A DNA stretch of 64,000 bases from Ginglymostoma cirratum (lineage: Eukaryota): the NCBI GenBank assembly GCA_024137785.1, contig JAHRHZ010000088.1, positions 7,262,375-7,326,374 on the forward strand, in the 5' to 3' direction. The position numbers and the translations under genes were made by a program. The notes under the pieces are model-generated. The model was not told where the DNA came from and ran no database searches. It was given only the letters and a program-made list of their open reading frames with translations. Of this stretch, positions 11,590 through 24,899 are shown piece by piece (position 1 is the first letter of the stretch; each line of letters begins with the position of its first letter).

Positions 11590-12480
11590 CCTTGAGAAGA
11601 GGTTTGATATCAAAGTCAGATGGTCAAACAAACCTATCATTTGGCAACCTCATTGGCTCCCAGGAGTTGACATGTGACTTGGGAAAACGGAAGTCTTACC
11701 CAATACTTCTGAAAAGAATTCACCTACATCCACATACATCCAATGTTTTACAGCCTGGATGATTACAGAGATAATTCCTGGGCTAATAAATATTACAGAC
11801 TGGAACCATAAAACAAACAATACAAAGAGGGAATCCAAGAATAAAGGGGAAGAATTAAGAACCATAAGAAGTTCATTTTGTGCTGACTGTTTACACCAAA
11901 GTCAGAGAATTTGCACCTGATCATAGGAAAAAGTGACAAAAGAATGGTTTGTGTCATTAATACATCTGAGTCCAAAGCAATTAGTTTATAAATGGTGGAT
12001 GTGCCTACATTAGTGGCATTTTAAGTTAGGATGGGAAGCCCATCTATGGCTAAGGCATGGTTAGAACATCTGTTTTGGACATGCGAAGTAGGAGTTTTGG
12101 TTGTATAGTATAACATTGGAGAATGATTTAATTCTTAGCAGTAGCCAGTATGGGTACTATACGGGTCAGATTAAGGTTGAGAAAGAGTCAAAAAGTAATG
12201 ACCAGCGATGGTGTAGACTGGTAGCACTATGCATGAATAGGTCTTCACCAACCTGAACCAGATCAAAATTTCAGAATATCTGTAGTAAGAAGGCACATTG
12301 CAATAGATTCACGAATAGAGAAAGCATACAGAAAAAGCAACTGACTGAGTATACATCTGGACATGGGAGTGTGAACTAAGCCAGACTGAATTCAATCTGG
12401 ATTGACACAAGAATTCAAACAATTAGAATAATGCAGCATAATCTAAAGTTTATTTTATATAAGAACATATTAGTCAAGGG
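11590..12480 (+). mobile_element. Possible very decayed Gypsy pol (RNase H region) remnant
   Basis: ttacagcctggatgattacagagataattcctgggctaataaatattacagactgg resembles the LQ-Y-I-Y-PG-N-AD motif; heavily frameshifted. Confidence 0.35.
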
Positions 12481-13199
12481 CACTGAAAGTGATAACAGAT
12501 CAACCTCACTTTATCCATTGAGAAATAATCTTGTGGTGTCTCTTCTGCCTTATACCTGCTTCAGTGAACAAAGAAAGAAAGGGTTAGAGTGGTATGGTAA
12601 ATTCATTTGATTGACACACGAGCAAACTCCTCAATGTTAGAAATTGTGCTCGGTAGACAGTGGACAAAGAAACAGAGAATGCAGGCCACAGTTTCCTTGA
12701 AAAAAACTTTCAACCAACCTTATGACATAGCTCATTGTCTGATCTAGCCAAAAAAAAGGGCAATGTAAGGAGTTTGTCCCAACAATTTAAGTCAGCCAAG
12801 CATTTACATCCCACATTACATACAAGACAGCTGCAAGAGTAAAGAGCAGGATTTGTTTATTGAGGTGGGAGAGAGTCTCCAGGAATCTGTCAGTGTTTTA
12901 ACTGTAACGGTTGTTGACATTGTTCAGGCCAATTCACTCACACAAGATGAAGCTGAAGATGATTCTTGTATGTACCTTACAAGGGAAACATGTCGGCAAA
13001 TACTTGTCCGAACAAATGAGGTAGAGTGACAAACAAATAGACTATTTGCACTTTTGTTGCAAAGGAGCAATGGTACAAGAGCTGTGATTGATGATCTCCA
13101 TGGTTATGTTTGATAAAATATTATTAGAATTCTGAAATTTTGTCCTATTAACTAGGGAACCAAGTTATCTTACAGAAGGGAAAATTATTTGCACATCGT

Positions 13200-13510
13200 G
13201 TCTCCAGAAGCTCTCTAAAATGACCAATCCAGTTAGAAACATTTCCTTGTCTTTGCCCCCATTCTAGTTACATTTTTCATTTCACTTTTCCTTTAAATCT
13301 GACTGTGGATTCTGCTTCCTTGACTGTTAGGATAGACCATATCCTAACAACTCTTTTCATAAACATAATCTTTCTGAATACTCCCTTCCCTCTTTTAGTT
13401 ATGAATTTACATTTATTCTCTCAAATTATCAATTCCTGATAAGTAGAGATATATTTTCCCAAAGTATTTTATTTGGTATTTCAATGAAATCTTCTGCACT
13501 GATGAAAATG
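13200..13510 (-). mobile_element. Very decayed CR1 3' fragment
   Basis: Residual CR1 antisense words (gattctgcttcc, ctaacaactct, tttacatttattctctc). Confidence 0.45.
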
Positions 13511-13599
13511 GCACCAATTTTGCTCACTTCTGATTCAGTATAAAATATCATAAAATCCAACTATTATCTTTAAGACATTGCAATTACCGTTGGAACATA

Positions 13600-14320
13600 A
13601 CAGAAGATAGATCACAAGATATAGAATGAAAAGCTCTGTGAAATTAATTTAAAACATAAAATTCTGGTCTGTGTGCGCTAGCTGAAGATGTGCGAGTGAA
13701 CCGAGGTACTCACTTGTACTCGTTTGGGTTCGAACACTGGTGTGCTTTGAAGGTTACAGTCAAAAAGTCACTATCCACCCCTGTATTGCAGGTAAATTGC
13801 TAATCTAATTCTGAGCACTTGCTTCCAGATAGCCATCATTCCTGCCAAAAAGAAACAGGACAAAATACTTTCAACTAATCTTCAAGACCAAAAATACCAA
13901 AATTGACTGCTCAACTATCAACATTCCACTACTTTTCTTCACAAGTGATTCATAGAGACTAATCTGTATATCTTTAATTTTCGCTTCTTTTTAAATTTGC
14001 TTCTCATTTCTAATCTGTGCATGTGTGTTGCATTGTTATTTCTACTTGCATTTAGTAGCTATAAGCTCACTCTTTCGTTAACTTAAGAAAGCCTGGTTAC
14101 TTTGGTTCATTTTAAAACATTAATTAATTTGGTCTGTGTGAAAGGTATTCACAAGGAAGGGAATTATTTACAAATGAACCCTGCTCCAACCAGGTGAGAG
14201 GGACAGGTGAACAAAGAAGGGGAGCCAATTCATCACTCCTTATTCAGATGTTTGACAATTTGGGGTATTCCATCTGAAGGTGTATTAACTTGGGGAACCT
14301 TGCCTGGGATCTGGTTGTAA
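13600..14320 (+). mobile_element. Probable long LTR remnant
   Basis: ataagctcactctttcgttaacttaagaaagcctgg...gtattcacaaggaaggg...ggggagccaattca resembles shark LTR sequence as I recall it; termini not clear. Confidence 0.4.
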
Positions 14321-14744
14321 AGCTTACATAGTATCCAAAGTGTTTTCCAATGATTTAGCACCCTGTAAACATGATTATCCTGGCAAAGTTGTGATTCCTC
14401 ATACATGGTTTGAAAACACCAAGGGATACAGGGAAAGTGCAGGAAAATAGCATTGAAGTAGAAGATGGGCCAATATCTCTTTGAATGGCGAAGCTGGCTG
14501 AAAGGGGTCAGTGACCAACCCCTGCTCCTGTCTTAAGGAGCTTAGGGTATGCCCTGTCTGTGCAAGTGCCTGAGAAGGAAATAAACTCCATCTGAAGGAC
14601 AAGAAGAAGGACCAGATTTTAAAAAAAGAAGCAGAGGACAAAGTGGTAACTAGTTTAGAACGACATCTTGAAAAGGGAATATTCCTCCACCCCTCTGACA
14701 AAGATTATGGTGCAGAACACTAACAAACACAAAGTTGGAAAGAT

Positions 14745-14850
14745 AAATTTACATTTCAATAGCATCTCTCATGATCTCAGTATGTCCCAAATTGCTTTAC
14801 AGCCAATGAAGTAGTTTTTGACGGGCAATTGGTGCTGTGACATGAGCAAT
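14745..14850 (-). mobile_element. Deu-type SINE 3' fragment
   Basis: tgtcccaaattgctttacagccaatgaagtagttttt is the reverse complement of the Deu-SINE tail. Confidence 0.65.
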
Positions 14851-17769
14851 GAAGTGACAATGAAAAGTCCATTTCAAAAGTAAAATGATACACTACTCGC
14901 ACTGATTGTACTCAAGGTAATGGAGACACGAGAGTGATTCTAGTCAAACTGGGATGTCTGAAGGCTCAGGAAAGGAAAAAAATCAGTAGCTGATAACCTC
15001 TTGTGTCATTCACAACTCCAGTAATCTTTTAAAAAAATAATGTTGGTACAGGTTTGGACACGACAAGACTGGGGCCCTACGAGAAGGGAATGGGGAAAGT
15101 ATAGATGGAAATATACATTTAAAGAAGGAAGGGAGGAAAATGTATCTTCAAAGAACACAGCATCAAAAGTAAACTACTGCCCCTGGCTGGGAGATATGTG
15201 TAAGTAACAACAAGCTTAGTTATAACCGAGCACAATCATTAGTATGAAAGCTATCACGTTGCCAACATCAAAGAAGCAATACCAAGCGAAAGAGAAGTAT
15301 CCTAAAGCCTCATGTTAGGAGGTACCAGCAGGCATTTCAGGTGCAGACGCTATGTTGGAGCCAGTACAATGTATGGGTTTAGTAACTGTGAACCGGTAAA
15401 GCCAAAAACACCAGTTAAAACAGAAAAACAGCTTGATTCTCTCAGCAGAAGAAAGCATTTCTATGAACCTGTTATTCAGTGCATTTAATCTCCTTCAGCA
15501 GGTTTGGAATTATTCCCAGAAATCTCATGCAGAGTATAAATGAGACTACTGCATGTTTGGACATCATGTCAAGGGCACCATGGGGAGTTCTGCTAAGAGT
15601 CACATTTAATTTAATAAGTGATTAGTTATTTCTTCTTAAAATAGATGCAAATGTTAACAACGGAATGACAAATAAAACTCTCTTATTCTGCTTGTCCCGG
15701 TGCTTAATGTATTCAAAATATCACCTTGATAAAGATTTGGTCAACCTGTCCACATATGGACTTTAAATCAGCATCCGGACAACACTAATAGCTCTTTTTA
15801 AAAAAAGTATCAATTTTTGTCATGTTTGAGTACAGAGTGACTGTAGGTGATGAATTTCACCTTGTAACTATTTAGAATTCCACAAAAGGGAAGATTTCGG
15901 GATCAATACTGAAGCTGAGTCGCAACCAGGCTCCAGAGCTGAAGTGGCGATGAATAACCAAATGGGAGGTCAATTTCAGAGTTCTTTATCGTGTTACCAT
16001 GGAGAGATATTACCATTTTGCAACCTTGCTGTATGATTCTTTATATGTGCATGCAAAAGTAAAAGCTGTGACAGGCGCTGGTAAAGGTGACAGCTATGAT
16101 GAGATCTAGGGGTACTTATGACCAGCCCGCTTGAATTATTCTTCACCAGCCCCAGTCGTTGTGTTCTTAAGTGGGAATGAAAGTTTCTGCACATATGCAT
16201 TTTGCAACAGATAAACCACTGTGTGGAGCACATCATTTTAAATGTGCTGAATTGTATTCATATGGCAATCCTGTAGCAACAAACACCCCCTTTCCAACCT
16301 CTTCCACTCCATGATTTTGAGCAGGGAGCAGACTCGTTAATTGCGGAAGGCAGCTGATATATTACCAAATAAGTTGAAGTAAAGCACAGTTTTGTCTCAA
16401 AATAACATCTCTGTGAGGGTTAATCTTTGCAGCATTTACAGTATTCTCTAAACTGTTTGAAGAAAAATGATTTCTCTGACTGACTTACAGTCAAGATACA
16501 TCCTGCAGCAGGCTAGAAATGTGAGTGGAAACACAGACTGCTTTCTTTAAGCCTTGTAGGCAAGTGAAAATGCACAATTATGAGCCATGAAAAGTACGAC
16601 TGATCAGTAACTAATTCTGCCATTGATCTTAGTATAGGAAGGTTCCTTAGTCAAGGTAATAGGTCATTTTAAGTTAAGCCATGCCACTAGAGCACCTTTC
16701 TTGTAACATTCAATCAGCACTTCGAAATAAGAGGAGTTTGAAAATATTTGGTAGTACCAAAGAGGCAGGCCCAGCTAAAGCTTTGAAAAACATAGAATCC
16801 CATGGTGTTGGCTTAGGAACAGTACAAAGTAAAAACTTCAGCCCTGAGGATAAAAAGCAGGTCAATGTGAGTGTCAGCTTTATTATTATTGGCAGCAAGT
16901 TTCACAAAGCAGCCAAATCACAAGTAAAGGAGGGACATGTTCAGGCACTGTTCGCATGTTGAGATGTTCAGAGAGATGAACTTCTCACTGCTCCACTGAG
17001 CACTTTAACAAAGCACCCTGCTTTCTTTTGGATGCACACCATGTCTCTGCCTTGTAATAATAATTTCAAGCCAGCAATGCGTGATTTTATTTCAAATCAG
17101 TGAGAGGTTCACTGGTTAGGGCCTGGCTCAGAGCTGTGTCCAGCTTTAAAGGTTCACTTTCCACATTTTTTTCTTGAAATCAAAGAACAATATTCCTTTG
17201 TCTATTTTCCTGCCTGGCTCATCGAATTGCAGTCTGTTTTTCACCATTCAATGTTGAAAGTCTAAATTATATTATGAAATTTATTTTCTGGAATCACTTT
17301 GCATCAGCGAGTAAACATCAAGGTGTTGATAGTGCTAACTGTTAACTTTTTTCATTTTCTACATAGTTTGTACTTTTGGCTTTTCAGACTCTCGTTACGT
17401 TGAGAATTACTCTGGTTTATCATATGTTGTAGAGATAATAATTTTTGTTTGTGAAGATATCCTATCATAGAGCCTCCAGCAACATCATAACTGATTGTGG
17501 AAATCTTCATAACTACTACTACTTTATTTCATGACAAACTAATTCATGTGCCAGTCTCCTTCATCTTATCCAAATACATTCTAAGGTTAAATTTGGAAGT
17601 GGCTGAGTGGCAGATTTTAAAACAACTAACTACTTCCCTTTCAAAACAATGGTCTGCCTCACACATCATTTTTCCTTTTCCAAATCTGACAATATTTTAC
17701 ATATTGCAATATTCAGAAGCAAAAATCAATGTAATTTATACAATGACTTTCATTTAGAAGGAGGAAATA

Positions 17770-18362
17770 ATCTGCATTTGTATACAGCTTTCCACATCCA
17801 GAGCGTTTCAGTCACTGAATTACCTTTTGAAGTGTGCGCTGTTGCATCTAGGAAATGTGGCAATTTACATACGGCAGGGTCCCACAAGCAACAATGCAAT
17901 ACTGACCAGCATGGTGGCTCAGTGGTTAGCACTGCTGCCTCACAGCGCCAGGGACCCGGGGTTGATTCCAGCCTTAGGTGACTGCCTGTGTGGAGTTTGC
18001 ACATTCTCCCTGTGTCTGCATGGGTTTCCTCAGGGTACTCCAGTTTCCTCCCACTGTCCAAAGATGTGCGGACTAGGTGGATTGGCCATGCTAAATTGCC
18101 CGTAGTGTTCAGGGATGTGTAGATTAGATGGGTTATAGGGGGATGGGTCTGAGTAGGATGCTCTGAGGGTCGGTGTGGACGTGTTGCGCTTGCTTTCCAC
18201 ACCGTAGGGATTCTATAATTTGTCATTTTTTTGAGTGATCTTGGCAGAACAATATATATTGGATTCAGGACACGGGAAAAATCTTCCTGGTTTACTTTTT
18301 AAAATGACTAGGACATTTTCATGTCCACTTTAGAGGGCAAACAGGATCTTATTTAAAAGTCT
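17770..18362 (-). mobile_element. Deu-type SINE interrupted by an HE1 SINE
   Basis: tgcatttgtatacagctttccac...gggtcccacaagcaacaatgcaatactgaccag | HE1 | ataatttgtcattttt...caggacacggg... Confidence 0.7.
17909..18216 (+). mobile_element. HE1-type V-SINE (tRNA head, V domain, CR1-type tail)
   Basis: A box ggtggctcagtggttagc, B-box-like gttgattcc, V domain gtgtggagtttgcacattctccctgtgtctgcatgggtttcctc, tail gtagggattctat. Confidence 0.92.
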
Positions 18363-18364
18363 AA

Positions 18365-18645
18365 TAGAGTCAGAGTAGAACAGCATGGAAACAGACTCTT
18401 CGGTCCAACTTGTCTATACCAACCAAGGTTCCCAAACTAAACTAGTTCCACTTGCCTCCATTTGGCCCATATCCTTCTAAGTCTTTCCTATTCATTTAAC
18501 TATCCAAATGTCTTTTAAATGTACTAACTGTACCTGCTTCTACCACTTCCTCTGGCAGTTCATTCCACTTACGAACCACCCTCTGCGTGAAAAAGTTGCT
18601 CCTCAGGTCACTTATATTCTTTCTCCTCTCACCTTAAAAGTATGA
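18365..18645 (-). mobile_element. CR1 3' end (same family as 1070-1540)
   Basis: agagtcagag tail, then cagcatggaaacagac...ctggcagttcattcca...aaaagttgc. Confidence 0.85.
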
Positions 18646-19569
18646 ACTACAACAACACTGACAGACAATACTGTCTCAGAGCTGCTTCTCCTAATTAGGA
18701 TAAGAATACCCGATCCTTCTGCAGTAAAAGTATGGGGCCTGTAATCTCAAGATTTGTCTTGCGCGGCAGAATACTTCAGTTACCAAATTGATCGGATTGA
18801 TGTCCCAGAATGAAGGGCATTTTGATGTTTACCAGATTTCCTGGCAATGGAACAGAATTTGAACAACACAGCGAGCTGAGTTCCCCTTTTCCTTTGTTAC
18901 ATTCTTTGGGGCTTATACCGCAATATACAAGACACATTAATCTACATCATTGTTTAATGCGGTACTGTTAAAAATAGAAGCTGTGTTTGTTTATGCGAAT
19001 GTGCTGAGTCTCAAACCTAGACAACATGGAAAAAGTTTTGTAGATAACTCTTAAAAGATCAAATGAAATGATCTTTCCTGGTCAGCATATGCTTGACAAT
19101 AAAATTAAAGTGTGTGTGTAGTAGGCAAGTGGTATTTTTGATATATTGTGCTTGTAGGAGCAAACTAGCAACTGAAAAAAACCCACTAAACTCAACAATG
19201 CTATCTTTTCAAAGATTAAATGTAATTCTATCATTATATCCAAACCATTTAATCTCCCGAATTCAAGGAAGGCAGGTTAATGAGCCAACTCTACCAGCCG
19301 GGATTTGGAGGAATGGGCCTTAATCATGTCCATATGCAGAGAGCAGGGCACACCTTAAATCCTAAGGGGCAAGATTTTGCAGTTAGGGCCAGGGACCCAA
19401 TGTCAGTACCTCTTCTGGGTCCTGATCCTTCATACAGTACAGGAGGAAGCAGTCATAGCCCACTGGCAAAGGTGGCATGCTAATTGGCTGAAAGGAGGAT
19501 TGGCAGCCAATAAGCAACAGTGAGTGTGGGATAGAGACAGGAGTTATAAAGTGCAAGTCTAGGGAAGAT

Positions 19570-19936
19570 ATTAATGTAGTGGTAATGTCATTGGATAAGT
19601 AAGTAAATACTCAAAGCTAATGTTATGGTGACATGGGTTCAAATCCCACAATGGCAGAAATGGCTGTAATTTGAATTCAATCCATGAATAAGAAGCCAGT
19701 CTTAGTAATGGTGACCATGAAACTGCCATTAATTGTTTTTTAAAAATCTATCAGATTCACTAATGTCCTTTCAGGAAGGAAATTTACAGTCCCTACCCAG
19801 TCTGGCTTACATGTGACTCCAGACACACAGCAATCAGGTTGACTCTTAAGTGACTGAGCAAGCCTAATAGCTAGGAGTAGGCAACAAATGTAGTCCATGC
19901 CAGCAATTCCCACATCCCATGAAGGAATAAAAATAA
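19570..19936 (+). mobile_element. tRNA-headed SINE with Meta-like core and LINE tail
   Basis: gtagtggtaatgtc head, gggttcaaatccc B box, core ttcactaatgtcctttcaggaaggaaat...acatgtgactccagac, tail cccacatcccatgaaggaataaaa. Confidence 0.8.
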
Positions 19937-20209
19937 AGTGTGAGTCTGCTTTAACGCTCGGAGCCTGAGGAGAGAAGCAGATCCCTCAAACTCGGGGCAG
20001 AGACATCCTACAGTTTTCTATTCCAGTCCTGGTTGTTCTACTGGGTCAGTAAAAGAGAGTCAAGGTAACTTGTTTCAGAGGATGACAGGAAAAGAATAAA
20101 TTAAATAAATCTAGCTGGAGGTGCAAAAAATTGTCAGCAGTTGAAATGTTGTGCGGAGGCCCTGGGTGCAGTACTGCATGAGGGTTAATAGCTTTCTTCA
20201 TTCATGTGA

Positions 20210-20620
20210 ACAAAAGAACTAGGAGCAGGAATAGTCAATTTAGACCCTCAAGCCTGCTTCATTACGCAGTACAATCATGGCCTATCTCAAGTCAGCCCCA
20301 ATTCCACTTTCCTACCCACTCCTCACAGCCCTGCAACCCATTATGGATTAGAAATCTGTCTATCTCCTCGTTAAATTGACTTAATGTCATCATATCCACC
20401 AGACTGTGCAGTTCTGAATTTCACAGAATCACAACCCTTTGAAGAAAGTAATTTCTCCTCATCTCTGTTTTAAGTCTGATACCCCTTATCCTGAAGTTAT
20501 AATCTATTGTTCTAGATTGCCCCACAAAAGGAAACATCCTTCCTATCCTGGGTCAATCCTCTTTAGCATCTTTGAGACCTCAGTTATATCTCTCATTCTT
20601 CTAAACTCTGGAGATTATAG
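20210..20620 (-). mobile_element. CR1 3' fragment
   Basis: aagaactaggagcagga...atcatggc...gaatttcacagaatcacaaccctttgaagaaag. Confidence 0.8.
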
Positions 20621-20846
20621 GGCTGGCAGGTTGAGTACCATTTGAAAGACTTCAGATCTGCAGCCATCAGTATGCACAATAACTAAACAGGAGAAACATC
20701 AGAGAAACATGTCCAGAGTCATTATTTAGTCAGCAAAGTTCAAGGTGGTAGGACTATTGGGAGCCTAACAATATTGATAAGTTCATATTCCTATTCAATT
20801 AAACAAATGGCATTGGTGTGAGAAACCAGCACTGTTTTATCTCTGA

Positions 20847-20965
20847 AATAAAACAAAGAACTGTGGATGCTGCAGATCAGAAACAAACAAAACCAGAAAT
20901 TGCTGGAGAATCTGTGGACAGAAAATAGAGTTAACATTTCAAGTCCAGTGACCCTTCTGCAGGAC
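20847..20965 (-). mobile_element. Solo PLE-derived pLTR unit, degenerate hammerhead
   Basis: aaacaaagaactgtggatgctg...gagttaacatttcaagtccagtgacccttctgcag. Confidence 0.8.
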
Positions 20966-21099
20966 TGATTGTGCAGTCACTTTAGCCCATGTACAAAATT
21001 AATGGAGAATGATGCCAATGTAAAGGAACATAAAATAACATATGCTTTAGAGTCCTTGGCTGTCTTCGAGCTGTAAGGTTCTAAACTGAGACCAATGTT

Positions 21100-21700
21100 G
21101 ATTTGCCATCTTTTTGGATGCACTCTTTGTAGTGAATGTTACAGTTTTTGAAAATTGTCAATTCCTTGAATAATTATTCTCTGAAGCATTTCTGTGGAAA
21201 ATGAAATCAACTTCTTCAGTGGGGGAGAGAGTAGGTGCTCTTCAAATATCCGCCAAAAAAAACTCACACAACCTCCCTGGCAATATTGATTCCAATGTGT
21301 ATTTCTGAGACATTCTCTGGGTGGGTCTGCCTGTGACAGCCAATGCATCAATGTCCAGTACTTTGCATTCATCAAAGCTGTCCTGAGATTGTGATAGGTA
21401 TTGATAGGTGTCTAGATTGTAGGAAGTCTCTTTTCATAACCACTCTGCATGGTTCACTTGTCTGCTCAACTCCAACTTGGAAGACAGCGGTTGGCTTGCC
21501 TCATCCACAGAGCCATTTGAAGGTTTCTGCGCATATTGCTGTCAGATTGGCTACTTGCAGGTCATATGTTCAAGTGTGCCAGCTCATTATAAAAGTTTCT
21601 TCCCATGAAACTCCAAAGTCCAAGGCTTTTAAATTAGTGTATGAGATATTAAGGATTTATGCCATCACATCAGACTACTAGACAGATATGCACCATCCAT
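21100..21700 (-). mobile_element. Possible decayed RTE-type LINE 3' region
   Basis: Minus-strand remnant YWTLMHWLSQADPPRECLRNTHW loosely fits the RTE W-gH-R...pk...W region. Confidence 0.3.
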
Positions 21701-21764
21701 TCATGGGGTAAGTAAATATAATCATGGTTAATGGAAGTTGTCACACAGACAAATCAACACGAGT

Positions 21765-21950
21765 AACAAAAACAGAAGTTCCTGGAAAAGCTCAGCAGGT
21801 CTCATCTGTGAAGAAAAATCAGAGTTAATGAGCTGGGTCTGGTGACTCTTCCAACCCTCTTACTGCTCAAAAATCTATCCATCTTTACCTTAAAAACGTT
21901 AAATGAGGTAACCTCAACTATTTCACTGGGCAGGGAATTCCACAGATTCA
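21765..21950 (-). mobile_element. Solo PLE pLTR fragment joined to a short CR1 fragment
   Basis: aaaacagaagttcctggaaaagctcagcagg...gggtctggtgactcttcc directly followed by CR1 LNLWNSLPSEIVEV antisense. Confidence 0.75.
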
Positions 21951-22334
21951 GTGCTACAGCACTCCTATAAGTCATTCTCCATGCATGTGTGGGCACACTT
22001 CCCTATCAGTTGTCATGTCACATTCATCTTCTGACAGCCCAGGGAATGGAAGCTCTAAGAGAGAGTGAGCAACTTGCAGGAAACAATGGATATTCCTTAT
22101 GTGATACTACTTACCCCTTGTTGTGACCTGGAGTAAAGATCAGGCAGGGTGTGCTTAGCCATTGACATTATCCTACTGAGGTCATTGACTCCTGAACTGG
22201 TCCTGGCAAGGAGATCATTTTGATTATGAACCCTGTGTGTTCCATCACTATATAAATACAGATACTTGCTATAGTTGTAGGAACAAAATATCCTGAAGAT
22301 TGACATAATCTAACTTCCTGGAGGCCCCTTGTCG

Positions 22335-22850
22335 CATAAGAAATAGGAGCAGAGTAGGCCTGCTCCACCATTTAATAAGATCATGGCTGATCTCTTCGTG
22401 GAGTCAGCTCCACTTACTCGCCCACTCACCATAACCCTTAATTCCTTTACTGTTCAAAAATCTATCTATCATTGCCTTAAAAACATTCAATGAGGAAGCC
22501 TCAACTGCCTCACTGGGTAGGGAATTCCATAGATTCACAATCATTTGGGTGAAGAAGTTCCTCCTCAGCTCAGTGGTAAGTCTGCTCCCCCTTATTTTGA
22601 GGCTATGCCACCTAGTTCTTGATTCACCTGCTAGTGAAAACAACCTCCACACTTCTATCTTATCTATTCCCTTCATAATTTTATATCTTTCTATAAGATC
22701 CCTGCTCTCTTCTAAATTCCAACGAGCATAGTCCTGATCGACTTAATCTCTCTTCATTAACCAACAATCTCAACTCTGGAATCAACCTAGTGAACCTCCT
22801 CTGCACCCCCTCCAGTGCCAGTACATCCTTTTTCACGTAAGGACACCAGG
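22335..22850 (-). mobile_element. CR1 3' fragment
   Basis: ORF 22404-22676 ...RNFFTQMIVNLWNSLPSEAVEASSLNVFK...KGYGEWASKWS; tail cataagaaataggagcagagtaggcc. Confidence 0.92.
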
Positions 22851-23599
22851 GACACAAGGTCCATACCAGTTTCAGCTGAGTAGCTTTACACTAAGCAATC
22901 CCAAGTAACAAAAAGAATAAATATATCTTATTTCGTCAGCTGCTTTTAGCAATTAAAATATTTCCTGGACTGGGCAGGGGGCAAGCATTACATGAAAAAT
23001 ATTGATTCTCAAACTGGCTTGTGCTTTTCAGAAAATTGAGACACAAAGGGCTGATGTAAAGTTTTTACTTGTTTTTGATGGGTGTGAGTCATAATTGAAT
23101 TCTACAATGAATCATCAAGAAGGTTAACATCCTTCATGATATCTATATGCGTTACAATGCAATAATGATAAGCTGCTCTTATTGGGATTAAAAGCACAGC
23201 AGGTCTGCACTGTAAAACAGTACATTTTTGTAGTATTTATTTCATGAGTTTACATGTACTGCTCACGAACATGAATGGAGGATCCATTCTTGAAGTTAAG
23301 CAAACAAATCTATCTTGAGTGAAGGCCCACTTATTGAATATGGAACTTTTAACAATGGACTGTTAACTATTACACTAGCACCAACTATCAGATATTCTTG
23401 TAAAGAGAAATCATCCATTTTTACCACATGTATTTCCTGCAAGAATGACGTGGAAAATGCATGTTGAAGGAGTAGCAGTTTTTTTTAATGGTCATGGGTT
23501 AAATCTTTGAGATTCCCTGTGAATAATACAAAATCAAGTTCACTGCAACAAAAACCAGTTTGAGTGACTGACTGGGTATGAGTTTGTGAGTAACAACAA

Positions 23600-24000
23600 T
23601 ATCTCATATTTACATAGCACTTTTATTATAATGATATCCTTATGACATCCCGAGCCACTTTGCTGGAGTGTTAACATCGAGTCAAGTAAGGAGATATTAG
23701 TTCAAATGACCAATTTCCTGATCAAAGAAGTGAGTTTTAAAACATGTCTGAAAAGCAGAAGGCAAAATCGAGAAAAGAAGAAGTGGAGAGTTGATGACCT
23801 AGGAAAGTCATCAATAGTGGAGCAAGTGAAATTATGGGATGCACAAGAGGCCACAATAAGATAAGGAGCTGGTGGAGATTACAGATATAGAAAGGGACAA
23901 GTTCACAGAGGGATTTGAAAAGAGAGACATGAAAATTTTAATTCAAGCTGTTGGCTGGCAGGGACCCACAGTAGGTCAGTGAGCACAGGAGTGAAGGGGA
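23600..24000 (-). mobile_element. L2 LINE 3' end
   Basis: catatttacatagcactttt...catccc...gagtttta...gggatgcacaagaggcc...gtaggtcagtgagcacaggagtga, the antisense of an L2 3' end. Confidence 0.7.
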
Positions 24001-24899
24001 AATAGCTGATGTGCTGAATCAGGGCTATGCCATTCAAGGTTTGGTATTTTCCAGAATAAAGCTATTCAATGATGTTATTACATACCCCTTACTAGGTGGG
24101 ACTTCAACTCTGGTCTCCTGGCATAGAGGTACCCCTAACACTATCCTTGCACCAAAGGAGTCCCCCATTCATAGGTTATGTCACAGCTCAATTTACAAAT
24201 AAGGAGTATTCATGTGATTCAGTGGCTAAATGTACATGTGCATTTTGAGCTCCATTAATTAAATGATTGAGCAGGATTAGTGCAGCTGGTTTTATTGAAA
24301 AGCACATCCTGCAGGTAACTATCAGAACACTTGTCAATGCACAAAGACAAGTAGAGCTCAAAGTAGAAATGAATCCAAATTGTGCTAATCTACCTTAATT
24401 TGAATTCAGTAATGACTATATACAATAGCTCTGATTTAAACAGAAAGCAAGTCAGTAAATAAAAAAATGGTTCAAGGCAATGAACAGGTGATCAATAACA
24501 GACTGTAATAAGAATAAAATTGAAGCCTGAGGAATTGTCCGACTACAATGTTCAATCACTGCCAGCTCCCCTTTAAAAATATCTTTTATAGATCTTTGAT
24601 CACCGCTAATAAAAGATAGATTTTATAGATGCCATTATAGCAACCTAAGAATGAAATGCCAATTGTAAAGTTACAATGCAAGGCTAATTGCAGGCTAAAC
24701 AGTAGAGCAGTGGACTTAGCTAAGTGATCTTACAATAATGGATGAGAGTAAAGCTCTTCATTCCTATTGCATCTACTTTAGAATAATGGTGGACAATTAA
24801 TCACAGAATCATGGAATTGTTACAACATAGGAAGAAGCCATTTGGCACCATCGTGTCTGTGTTGGGTCTACAAATGAGCATTTCACATATTGCTGCTCC

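Noticed and set aside
13714-13841. Minus-strand exon-like segment with good acceptor and donor
   Set aside because: Stops in all three frames and lies within a probable LTR remnant; at most a non-coding exon.
17909-17985. tRNA-like A/B boxes (also at 37905-37985, 46580-46640, 51285-51350)
   Set aside because: SINE heads followed by V domains, not tRNA genes.
17750-18226. 158-aa ORF
   Set aside because: Antisense reading of an HE1 SINE plus flanking Deu-SINE.
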